DNA from: Okamejei kenojei
Taxonomy: Eukaryota
Assembly: GCA_035221665.1 (NCBI GenBank)
Contig: CM069141.1
Span: 41,912,001 to 41,976,000, forward strand
Length of the DNA stretch: 64,000 nt
Direction of reading: 5' to 3'
Part shown: positions 50,201 through 62,200 of the stretch, in pieces
How positions within the stretch are numbered: position 1 is the stretch's first letter
Layout: each line of letters opens with the position of its first letter
Notes under the pieces: model-generated
Told to the model about the DNA's origin: nothing
What the model saw: the letters and a program-made list of their open reading frames with translations, nothing else
The model's database searches: none
Made by a program: the position numbers and the translations under genes

Positions 50201-53200
50201 CATCTTTTTGCACAGAAAGAGCCTGGTTCACTGATTAAAGTCACTGGCAGAGTGCCATTGGTGGGAGAATTAATGCAACATTCTTCAAAGAGATTAAGTT
50301 TAAGTTGATGAAACCACTGCCCTTCAGCTACACATCTGCCTCCTGTGCTGAGATGAGACAATCCTACCTATATAGAACCAGATCTAATTGCAATGGAATT
50401 TGCTATAGGAACATGAGACACCCCATCATGAAGTGGTAATGTATGTGTACAGAGATGAAAAGGGATATGCAGACTGCCTTCTCTCTTTCTCTACACTCCT
50501 CTTTCTCCCCTCCAAATCTCTGCATGAAGTTCACCCCAATTTACACACTGGAAGCACAGGATTTAAACAAAGTCATAGAGCTCTATAGCACAGAAACAGA
50601 CCCTATGGCTCACATTATCCGCGCCACCCAAGTTGGCATATTCTGCTGTCCCATTTGCGTGTCTCCAAAACCTTCGTATCCATATATATCTCCAATTGAC
50701 TTTTAAAAGTTGTATTTGTATCCACCTGTACAGCTTCCGCAACCAAATACAGACCGACCCCTGAATAAAAGGTTGCCCCTGAGGACCCTCTTAAATACTT
50801 CCCTTCTTAACTTCAGCTTATCTCCTCTAATTTTTTAATCATCTATCTGGTAAATAGAATGTGAGTGTTTGCCTTGTCCATACACTCTGTTACCATGTAG
50901 ATCTTGTGGGTCACATCTGAGCCGCACTAAATCACTAATTGCTGATAAGCTTTCAACCAAGAAAGAAGTCGACAAATTAAAGTGTAACATCGGTTGTGCT
51001 GGTTTCGCACGTACGCAAGGGTATAACACAGCCTGTGGACACATAGTGGTTGGGACTTCACTTTTAGACAGTCATGACCATGGACAAAAGAAAACTGTGA
51101 GCAGTGCTGTGGACAATGCTGGCTGCCACTGAGTGCGGGGTCAACATCCTCTCCCACTCCCACATCTCCAGCAAAGAACATCTAATTATACTCAATTGTA
51201 TTGGTTTGGTAGACCATGATCTTTGCTTACCTGGCACCAGATTTCCGAAGCAGACATTATATTCAGAGCTCTATCATAGGAATAACTTACAGTGGCTTGC
51301 AAAAGTTTTCATACCCCTTGAACCTTTCCACATTTTGTCACGTTACAACCACAAACGTAAATGTGTTTTATTGGGATTTTATGTGATAGACCAACACAAA
51401 GTGGTGCATAATTGTGAAGTGGAAGGAAAATGATACATGGTTTCCAAATTTTATTACAAATAAAAAACTGAAAAGTGTGGCGTGCAAAATTATTCAGCCC
51501 CCCTGAGTCAGTACTTTGTAGAACCACCTTTCGCTGCAATTACAGCTGCAAGTCTTTTGGGGTATGTCTCTACCAGCTTTGCACATCTAGAGACTGAAAT
51601 TTTTGCCCATTCTTCTTTGCAAAATAGCTCAAGCTCAGTCAGATTGGATGGAGAGCGTCTGTGAAAAGCAATTTTCAAGTTTTGCCAGAGATTCTCAATT
51701 CTCAATTGGATTTAGGTCTGGACTTTGACTGGGCCATTCTAACACATGAATATGCTTTGATCTAAACCATTCCATTGTAGCTCTTTGTCCTGCTGGAAGG
51801 TGAACCTCTGCCCCAGTCTCAAGTCTTTTGCAGACTCTAACAGGTTTTCTTCCAAGATTGCCCTGTATTTGGCTCCATCCATCTTCCCATCAACACTGAC
51901 CAGCTTCCCTGTCCCTGCTGAAGAAAAGCATCCCCACAGCATGATGCTGCCACCACCATGTTTCACAGTGGGGATGGTGTGTTCAGGGTGATGTGCAGTG
52001 TTAGTTTTCCACCACACATAGCGTTTTGCATTTATGCCAAAAACTTCAATTTTGGTCTCATCAGACCAGAGCACCTTCCTCCACATGTTTGCTGTGTCCC
52101 CCACATGGCTTGCAGTAAACTTCAAACGGGACTTCTTATGGCTTTGTTTCAACAATGGCTTTCATCTTACCACTCTTCCATAACGGCCCGATTTGTGGAG
52201 TACACAACTAATAGTTGTCCTGTGGACAGGTTCTCCCACCTGAGCTGTGGATCTCTGCAGCTCCTCCAGAGTTACCATGGGCCTCTTGGCTGCTTCTCTG
52301 ATCAATGCTCTTCTTGCCCGGCCTGTCAGTTTAGGTGGACGGCCATGTCTTGGTAGGTTTGCAGTTGTGCCATACTCTTTCCATTTTCGGATGATGGATT
52401 GAATAGTGCTCCGTGAGATGTTCAAAGCTTTAGATATTTTTTTATGACCTAACCCTGCTTTAAACTTCTTCACTACTTTATCCCTGACCTGTCTGGTGTG
52501 TTCCTTGGGCTTCATGATGCTGTTTGTTCACTAATGTTCCCTAACAAACCTCTGAGGCCTTCACAGAACAGCTGTATTTATACTGAGATTAGATTACACA
52601 CGTGGACTCTATTTACTAATTAGGTGACTTCTGAAGGCAATTGGTTGCACTGGATTTTATTTAGGGGTATCAGAGTAAAGGGGGCTGAATACTTTTGCAT
52701 GCCACACTTTTCAGTTTTTTATTTGTAAAAAAATTTGAAAACCATATATAATTTTCCTTTCCACTTCACAATCATGCGTCACTTTGTGTTGGTCTATCAC
52801 ATAAAATCACAATAAAATACATTTATGTTTGTGGTTGTAACGTGACAAAATGTGGAAAACTTCAAGAGGTATGAAAACTTTTGCAAGCCACTGTACAAGG
52901 TTAAACTTGAAGGCTGAAAAAAATTAAAGTCATCCACGAAAATATTGCAAAGTTTCCATTGATTCCTGGGAAACTCTGGACCATGACCTCTCGATGTGGA
53001 GAAGCATTTGGGTTGGGACAGAAAATCTCGTGTCCATGTGTGAGAAGCACACAAGAGAAGGAGCACACCACATCACAGCCAACCCTCTTGCCCCATCTGC
53101 ATTGGATTCCGTTACCACAGAATCCACTTAACTTGAATCTGAGGGACTGCCAAAGAAGATGTGACCCGATAGTTTCATTACGTGAATTGGCCCATGAATG

Positions 53201-56200
53201 CTCTCAGCTAAATCATGAATTTCTTGAGATACTTTGCCATTGAGTGAATTGACATCCTTCTGTATTTCCCTCTGTCCCTCTCCAAGCCAAACACCCAGGT
53301 TCCTCCTTTATGCTCTCCCCTTCATTAGGCAAAGTATCAGCTTCTAAGCTGCTGAGAGTGAATGCGGTAACAAAAGAGGTATGTCACAATTGCTGCCTGA
53401 TGTAGGAAATTCCGAAAATTATCAGAAAGAGTAGATTGTAATATGTTTAACCCAAGAGCTTACATGCTGGGGATCCTTGATGGGAAAATAGGCCAACATA
53501 GTGAAGGGAACTTAAGGATGTTTCGGAGAGGCATTGGTAGTGGTGGTAAACTAATCACGGAGAGGGACAGAGGCAACTACAGAAGGAGGGTCAATTCACT
53601 GGATGGCAAAACTCCATCAAACCCTGACCTCACTCCCGGCACTTTGACTAATCTCTTCTATTTGGACTGTGATAATGGGAGAGGGTACTAAAGGCAGTAA
53701 TAACAAACCACGGATACAGAATGAGGCCAGTCGCATACTATTCAACTATTCAAATCTAGTGGTGGCTGGGCTGCATTGATGTGGTCAAGTATTCAACTGT
53801 ATGACAAGGGCAGTGGAAGTCTCAGAATCCATCTCGCTGAGGGTGACAATAGTTTTACGCTCGACTCTTCGAAGCAGGGAAGTACACTGCGACTCTTTGA
53901 AGCAGGGAAGTTATGGACAGCACTAGATAGTTGACGTTCCAAATGGAAGAGTGTGTCTTACCTGCTGACAAACATATGCAGATAGATTTCACATGACCCT
54001 TACCCTAGTCTCAAAATAAAAGGTAATGTTTAGTACTGATTGGCCACTTTACCAGCCACTGATGCCAAGAAAGTACAGCTAGAATTGTGGCATAGTGCCA
54101 AATAATAATATTTAGGATTACACTTCACATGACTCTGATCAGGGAACATATTTTACAGGGAAGGTGATGAAGGGGACTTGTCCTGAATGGCATAATATCT
54201 GTAGAGAGTTGTCAGTGCTGTAACCATCCTGATAAGTGGAGAGAATTCTACTGCAATTCTGCTTTGGGACAAAGTGGAAAAGCCTTGGGTATCTGGGAAT
54301 AAATCCCAAATTACAATTAACTGTCTATTTCAAACTCTAGACCAGCAGGCATATCTAGGTCATCTTTCAGCTGCTTCTTCGCCTTTACATGTTCAGTCCA
54401 CTAGCAAAGAAATGCTGTAAATAGATCAGCGTTTAAGCTGCTAGCAAACATAACCATTGCTGTGGTGCATCAGTCAAACACACACTTTCAGTGTGCAAAA
54501 GTAAGCACTCCCACAGCAGGGATGATGTACTCCAGGTGAAACTATCTCAACCATTGAAGAATGAACAGGTGTTATTTTGTTTACACATTCTGATGTGGGT
54601 GTGACTGGCAAGGACAGCATTTATTGCCAATCTTTGTTCCAAATGTTCACTGGCATCATTCCCCAACTCCTTCTCCGCTTCACTTATGACTGCATCGGGG
54701 CTGCCTCCTGCACTCATGCAGAACCCAACGATGTATAAGCTTTACCATTATCTTCCACCCTGTCCTCAAATTCACAGACTATCTCAGACACCTCTCTCCC
54801 CTTCCTTGAACTCTCTGCCTCCGTCATATCCATTAACATCTACTACAAACCCAATGACTCTCAGTGTTATATGGACTACACCTCCTCTCACCCTGCCTCT
54901 TGCAAAGATAGCATCCCCTATTCTCAGCTTTTAATTCACCTTTAATTGTGCAGAGACTACAATTGAAGTAATCAACTGCTAAAAAAAAAACTATTTTCAG
55001 AAGCTATCTCACAGAGTCATCACAAAACAAGTTCAACATAACTGACAATTTCCATTACATTTCTTACAATGTTACCCACGAGTGCCCATCCTTCATGAAG
55101 ATATGAAAACTCTGTAAAAAATGCAAATGGTTCTTTTGTGGCTAGCACAGGAAGAGGTGTTCTGTGGCAGCGATGCACTTTTACTCGTGCCAGATCAACC
55201 CAATACGGGTCGTGCATGAAATTCATACGACATGACATTATCATCTTCACACAAGCCAGCCCTGACCACAAAGTTCAATAACTTTGTGCGTCAGAACAGG
55301 TTGTAATCTTATGAGTTGCAAGTTACTGAAGTTCAAAGAATAAACCTAGCAATTATAGAGTTCAAAGAATAAACCTAGCAATTATAGACCTATTAGTTTG
55401 ACGTCAGTAGTGGGCAAATTAATGGAAAGGATACTTAGAGATAATATATATAAGCATCTGGATAAACAGGGTCTGATCAGGAACAGTCAACATGGATTTG
55501 TGCCTGGAAGGTCATGTTTGACAAACCTTCTTGAATTTTTTGAAGCGGTAACTAGGGACATTGATGAGGGTAAAGCAGTGGATGTTGTCTATATGGATTT
55601 CAGTAAGGCCTTTGACAAGGTTCCCCATGGAAGGTTGGTTAAGAAGGTTCAATCTTTGGGTGTTAATGGCGGAGTAGCAAGATGTATTCAACAGTGGCTG
55701 AATGGGAGATGTCAGAGAGTAATGGTGGATGGCTGTTTGTCAGGTTGGAAGCCGGTGACCAGTGGGGTGCCTCAGGATCTGTGTTGGGTCCACTGTTGTT
55801 TGTCATGTACATCAATGATCTGGATGATGGGGTGGAAAATTGGATAAGTAAGTATGCAGATGATACTAAGATAGGTGGTGTTGTGGATAATGAAGTAGAT
55901 TTTCAAAGTCTACAGAGAGATTTGGGCCATTTGGAAAAGTGGGCTGAAAGATGGCAGATGGAGTTTAATGCTGATAAGTGTGAAGTGCTACATCTTGGCA
56001 GGACAAATCAAAATAGGACGTACATGGTAAATGGTAGGAATTGAGGAATGCTGTGGAACAGAGGGATCTAGGAATAACTGTGCGTAGTTCCCTGAAGGTG
56101 GAATCGCATGTAGATAGGGTGGTAAAGAAAGACTTTGGTGTGCTGGCCTTTATAAATCAGAGCACTGAATATAGGAGTAGGGAAGTAATGTTAAAATTGT

Positions 56201-59200
56201 ACAAGGCATTGGTAAGACCATTCTGGAGTATGGTGTACAATTTTGGTCGCCTAGTTATAGGAAGGATGTCAACAAAATAGAGAGAGTACAGAGGAGATTT
56301 ACTAGAATGTTGCCAGGGTTCCAGCAACTATGTTACAGAGAAAGGTTGAACAAGTTAGGTCTTTATTCTTTGGAGCGCAGAAGGTTAAGGGGGGACTTGA
56401 TTGAGGTCTTCAAAATGATGAAAGGGATAGACAGAGTTGACGTGGATACGTTTTTCCCATTGAGGGTAGGGAAGATTCAAACAAGAGGGCATGACATGAG
56501 AATTAAGGGACAGAGGTTTCGGGGTAACGTGAGGGGGAACTTCTTTACTCAGAGGGTGGTGGCTGTGTGGAATCAGCTTCCAGCAGAAGTGGTGGAGGCA
56601 GGATCGATTTTAACATTTAAGAGTAAAGTGGATAGGTATATGGACGTGAAGGGAATGGAGGGGTATGGTCTGAGTGCAGGTAGATGGGACTAGGGGAAGA
56701 CAAATGGTCGGCACGGACTGGAAGGGCCGAGAGGGCCTGTTTCCGTGCTGTAATTGTTATATGGTTATATGGTTAAGTGTATTCTGAGGGATAGGATATA
56801 CAGGCATTTGGATGGGCAAGGGCTGATTCGGGATAGTCAGCACAGTTTTGTATGTTGGAGATCGTGTCTCACAAATCTGATAGATTTTTTTGAAGACGTG
56901 ACCAAAACGGTTGATGGGGGCAGAGCTGTAGATGTTGTGTACATGGACTTCAGTAAGGCGTTCTACAATCTTCCGCATGGTAGGCTGCTCTGGAAGGTTA
57001 GATTGCATGGGATCCAAGGAGAGATAGCTGAATGGATAGCAAATTGGCTCCTTGGAAGGAAGCAGAGGGTAATGGTGGAAGGTTGCTTCTCCGTGGTGTG
57101 GTGTGCTGGACCTGTTATTGTTTGTCATCTACATCAATGATTTGGATGAGGTCGAGTCACAGGTAGATAAGGTGGTCACAGAGGCTTTTTGCACTTTGGC
57201 CTTCATCAGTCAGAATATTGAGTATAGAAGTTGGGAGGTCATGTTGCAGTTGTATAAGACGTTGGTGAGACCGCATTTAGATTATTGTGTACAGTTCTGG
57301 GCACCATGTTATAGGAAAGACATTGTTAAGTTTGAAAGGGTACAGAAAAGATTTACGAGGATGTTGCCAGGACTAGAGGGTGTGAGATATAGGGAGAGGT
57401 TGAGTAGGCTGGGTCTCTATTCCATGGAGTGTAAGAAGATGAGGGGAGATCTTATAGAGGTATACAAAATCATGAGAGGAATAGATCGGGTAGATGCACA
57501 GTCTTTTGCCCAGAGTAGGGGAATCGACGACCAGAGGACATAGGTTCAAGGTGAAGGGGAAAAGGGGTAACTTTTTCACATAAAGGCTGGTGTGTGTATG
57601 GAACAAGCTGCCAGATGAGGTAGTTGAGGCTGGAACTATCCCATCATTTAAGAAACAGTTATACAGGTACATGGATTGGACAGGTTTGGAGGGATATGGA
57701 CCAAATGCAGGCAAGTGGGACTAGTGTAGCTGAGACATTGTTGGCCGGTGTGGGCGAGTTGGGCCAAAGGGCTTATTTCCACACTGTATCACTATATGTC
57801 TCTACCAACACAAGCCATTGCCCAAATTTATGATAAATGTGTTATAAATAACCAGCAATTCTTTTTTCTTCCTCTCAACTACACACTCAACACCATGAAC
57901 TGGACCTACAGGACCTATCCTTCCAGGGACTGAGTTTTCAGTGAACACTTCTCCAAACATCCTCGGATCCACCTGGTCAGGTCCTGGGGCTTAATCCACC
58001 TTTATGCCTTTTAGGACTTCTCCTTCTTGGTAATGTTGAAATGCTCCTTGATTTTACTGCTCCCTCTCCTGATCTCACTAGCTTCCACATACTTCTCCAC
58101 AGTAAACACATTCATTTAAAGTGAAGTATTAATTTACCTTCATAAATAATATAACTTCATAAATAGATTACCACTGTGACCCATTACCTACCCTCTAAGT
58201 TTTAATATACTTGTAGAATCTTTTATGATTTTCCTTTATCTAGAATTTACTCAGATATAGGGAAAGCATGGACTTATTAAGGATAGTCAGCATGGTTTTC
58301 TTTGTGTGAGGTCCCTTCTCACAAATTTGTTACCAGGCTTTTTGAGGAGCTGACAAAGATGATTGATGAGGATAGGGCAATGGATGTTGTTTACATCTAA
58401 ATGGCCCTAATGGAACATTCCACAAGGTCCCTCATGGTAGGCTGATCCAAAAGATTAAGGCATATGGGAACAACAGAGACTCAGTAGAATGGATTCAAAA
58501 ATAGCTTATCCATAGACGACAGAATGTAGTGGTGTGTGATTCTGGAGTGTTATTCTGACGGGAGGTGTGTGACCTGCAGTGTTCCAGAGAGGTCTGTGCT
58601 GTGAGCTCTGTTATTTTTGATATATATAAATGATTTGGATGAAAATGTAGATAGGCTAGTTAACACATTTGCAAACAACATACAGTAACAATTGGTGGAG
58701 TTACAGAAAGTAAACAAAGGCAAACCTATACTTGCTCCACTTGTCTGTGTTTGGACCACATTCTACTGAACCATTTTTATAAAATGGTACAGCACAGAAA
58801 CAGGACCTTTGGACAAAAATGTTTGTGCCAAACATGAAGCCCAGTTAAACTGATGTCATCTGCCTGTACATGATCCATATCCCTCAATTCCCTGCACTTC
58901 CATATGCCTATCTAAAAGCCTCTTCAATGCCGCTATCATATCTGCCTCCACCGCCTGCCCTGGCAATGCATTCCAGGTCCCAACCACTCTCTCTGTTTAA
59001 AAAAACTCGCCCTGTACATCTCCATTAAACTATACACCTCTCATCTATAAAGTATAAAGTATCCTTTATTGTCACTCAAACTTGTTAGTTTGAACAAAAT
59101 GACATACCTCGCAGTCATGACAGAGAATAAACTAACAGAACACACAAAGAACACAGTTTAACATCTACCACAGTGAGTCTACTCGGTACCTCCTCACTGT

Positions 59201-62200
59201 GATGGAAGGCATCACTGTGTTAAAGTCCTTGTCTCTTCCTTCCTTGTTCTCCCTCTGCATTGAGGTGATCCAGGCTTTCGATGTCGGCCCCCCCGCTGGG
59301 TGATGGTAAGTCCCGCGGCCGAATCCGAGCTCCGCGAACGGGCCGGTTGAAACTCTGCGGCCCGGGGCAGACGAAGCTGCCACCCTCCAGTCCAGCAGAC
59401 GAAGCTGTTGTTGCGGGAGCTCCAGAGAATCGGTCACCAACCTGGGACCTGCGAGCTCTCGATGTTGTCGTCTACTGGGCCCGCGGCCGAAACCTCCGAG
59501 GCTCCGAAGTCGGGCCGCCGCAGCGCCACCACAGCCCCGAAGTCAACCAGCTTCTCGATGGTGAGTCCTGGCTCTGCCTCCGGAGCATCGAGGTCGGCCC
59601 CAGTTAGAGGCCGCCAGCTCCGCGATTAGGCCTCAGCACAGACAGTGACTGAGATATGACAAACAAAAGGTTGCATCCCCCCGAAGGAAGAGACTAAAAC
59701 AAGTTTCCCCCGCTCCCCACATATACACAACTAAAATAAACTAAGACATACGTCCAACAAGACAAACAAAAAAAAAAAAGAAAAAGACAGACGGACTGCA
59801 GGCGAGCCGCAGCTGCTTGGGCAGCCTCGCCACTTCCGGAGTATTTAGCTATAGCTTATAGCTATGCCTTCTATTCTTGGACACTTCCACCCTGGGAAAA
59901 AACGTTCTGACTGTTTACCCTATCTATGTTTTTTATAATTTTATATAATTCTATCAAGTCTCCCCTCAACTTCTGACATTCCAGAGAAATCAATCAAAGT
60001 CGAAAATTAAGGCACATGGTATTGGGGGTAGAGTGCTGACATCATAGAAAATTGGTTGACCGACAGGAACAAAGGGTAGGGATTATCGGGTCCCTTTCAG
60101 AATGGCAGGCAGTGGGGTACCGCAAGGCTCGGTGCTGGGACCGCAGCTATTTACCAAGTACATCAATGATTTAGATGAAGGGATCCAAAGTAACATTAGC
60201 AAATTTGCAGATGGCGCAAAGCTGGGTGGCATTCTGAACTGTGAGGAGGATGCTATAAGAATGCAGGGTGACTTGGACAGGTTGGGTGCGTGGGCAGATG
60301 CAGTTTAATGTGGATAAAGGTGAGGTTATCCACTTTGGTAGCAAAAACAGGAAGGTAGATTATTATCTAAATGGTGTCAAGTTGGGAAAAGGGGAGTACA
60401 ACGGGATCTGGGGGTTCTTGTTCATCAGTCAATGAAAGTAAGCATGCAGGTACAGCAGGCAGTGATGAAAGCGAATGGCATGTTGGTTTAGTAACAGGAG
60501 CAAAGAGGTCCTTCTGCAGTTGTACAGGGCCCTAGTGAGACCACACCTGGAGTATTTTGTGCAGTTTTGGTCCCCTAATTTGAGGAAGGACATTCTTGCT
60601 ATTGAGGGAGTGCAGCGTAGGTTTACAAGGTTAATTCCCGGGATGTCATATGCTGAGAGAATGGAGCAGCAGGGATTGTATACTCTGGAATTTAGATGGA
60701 TGAAAGGGGATCTTATTGAAACATATAAGATTTTTAAGGGTTTGGACATGCTAGAGGCAGGAAAACATGTTAGAAACATAGAAACATAGAAATTAGGTGC
60801 AGGAGTAGGCCATTCAGCCCTTCGAGCCTGCACCGCCATTCAATATGATCATGGCTGATCATCCAACTCAGTATCCCATACCTGCCTTCTCTCCATACCC
60901 TCTGATCCCCTTAGCCACAAGGGCCACATCCAACTCACTCTTAAATATAGCCAATGAACTGGCCTCAACTACCCTCTGTGGCAGAGAGTTCCAGAGACTC
61001 ACCACTCTCTGTGTGAAGAAAGTCTTTCTCATCTCGGTCTTAAAGGATTTCCCCCTTATCCTTAAGCTGTGACCCCTTGTCCTGGACTTCCCCAACATCG
61101 GGAACAATCTTCCTGCATCTAGCCTGTCCAACCCCTTAAGAATTTTGTAAGTTTCTATAAGATCCCCTCTTAATCTCCTAAATTCCAGAGAGTATAAACC
61201 GAGTCTATCCAGTCTTTCTTCATAAGACAGTCCTGACATCCCAGGAATCAGTCTGGTGAACCTTCTCTGCACTCCCTCTATGGCAATAATGTCCTTCCTC
61301 AGATTTGGAGACCAAAACTGCACGCAATACTCCAGGTGTGGTCTCACCAAGAACATGTTCCCGATGTTGGGGGAGTCCAGAACCAGGGGCCACCGTTTAA
61401 GAATAAGGGGTAAGCCATTTAGAACGGAAATGAGGAAATACTTTTTCTCACAGAGAGTTGTGAGTCTGTGGAATTCTCTGGCTCAGAGGGCGGTGGAGGT
61501 CGGTTCTCTGGGCTCTTAAAGATAGCGGTCAGGGGATATGGGGGAAAAGGCAGGAACAGGGTACTGATTGGGTACTGATTGAGGATGATCACATTGAATT
61601 GTGGTGCTGGCTCGAAGGGCCAAATGGCCTACTCCTGCACCTATTGTCTATTGTCCATTTTCAATTGTCTATTCAACCATTCCCTTCATCTGAAACCCTC
61701 TAATCCAGGCAACATTCTGGTAAACCTCCTCTGCACTGTCTCCAAAGCCTCGACATCTTTCCTATAATGGATGATCTGAACTGCCACAATACTCCATATG
61801 TAGCCTAACCAAGATCCTATTGAGCTAAATCATGACCACCTGATTCTTATATTGAATGCACCTAACAATGAAGGAAAGCACCCTATCTATGTGTGCTGCT
61901 ATCTTCAATGAGCTATGAACTTGGACTCCGATCCCTCTGCACATCAATGCTGTTAAGGATCTTGCCATTAACTGTATAGTCTTTCCTGACATTCAACCTC
62001 CCAAAGTGCAACACCTCACACATGCTCAGGTTTGAATCCATCAGCCATTTCTGCAACAAATCTATATCCCACTGTATCTTCTCACAGCATTCCTTACTGT
62101 TTGCAACTTCTCCAATGTTGATGTCATCAGCAAACTTACATTTAGGTCATTGATATATATCATAAACTGCAGAGGTCCCAGCTGAGATCTCTATGGAGGT

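Larger units (their letters stand above)
51100..53060 (+). mobile_element. Decayed RTE-type LINE 3' fragment, split by the Tc1 insertion
   Basis: ...[22 protein letters not shown] resembles the RTE C-terminal GHV.RMP..R.PK..LYSEL. Boundaries are approximate. Confidence 0.5.

Noticed and set aside
53962-54004. 43-nt candidate exon on - ([14 protein letters not shown]) with a good gtaaga donor
   Set aside because: The acceptor is weak, and its phase 0 start does not match the upstream phase 1 exon.
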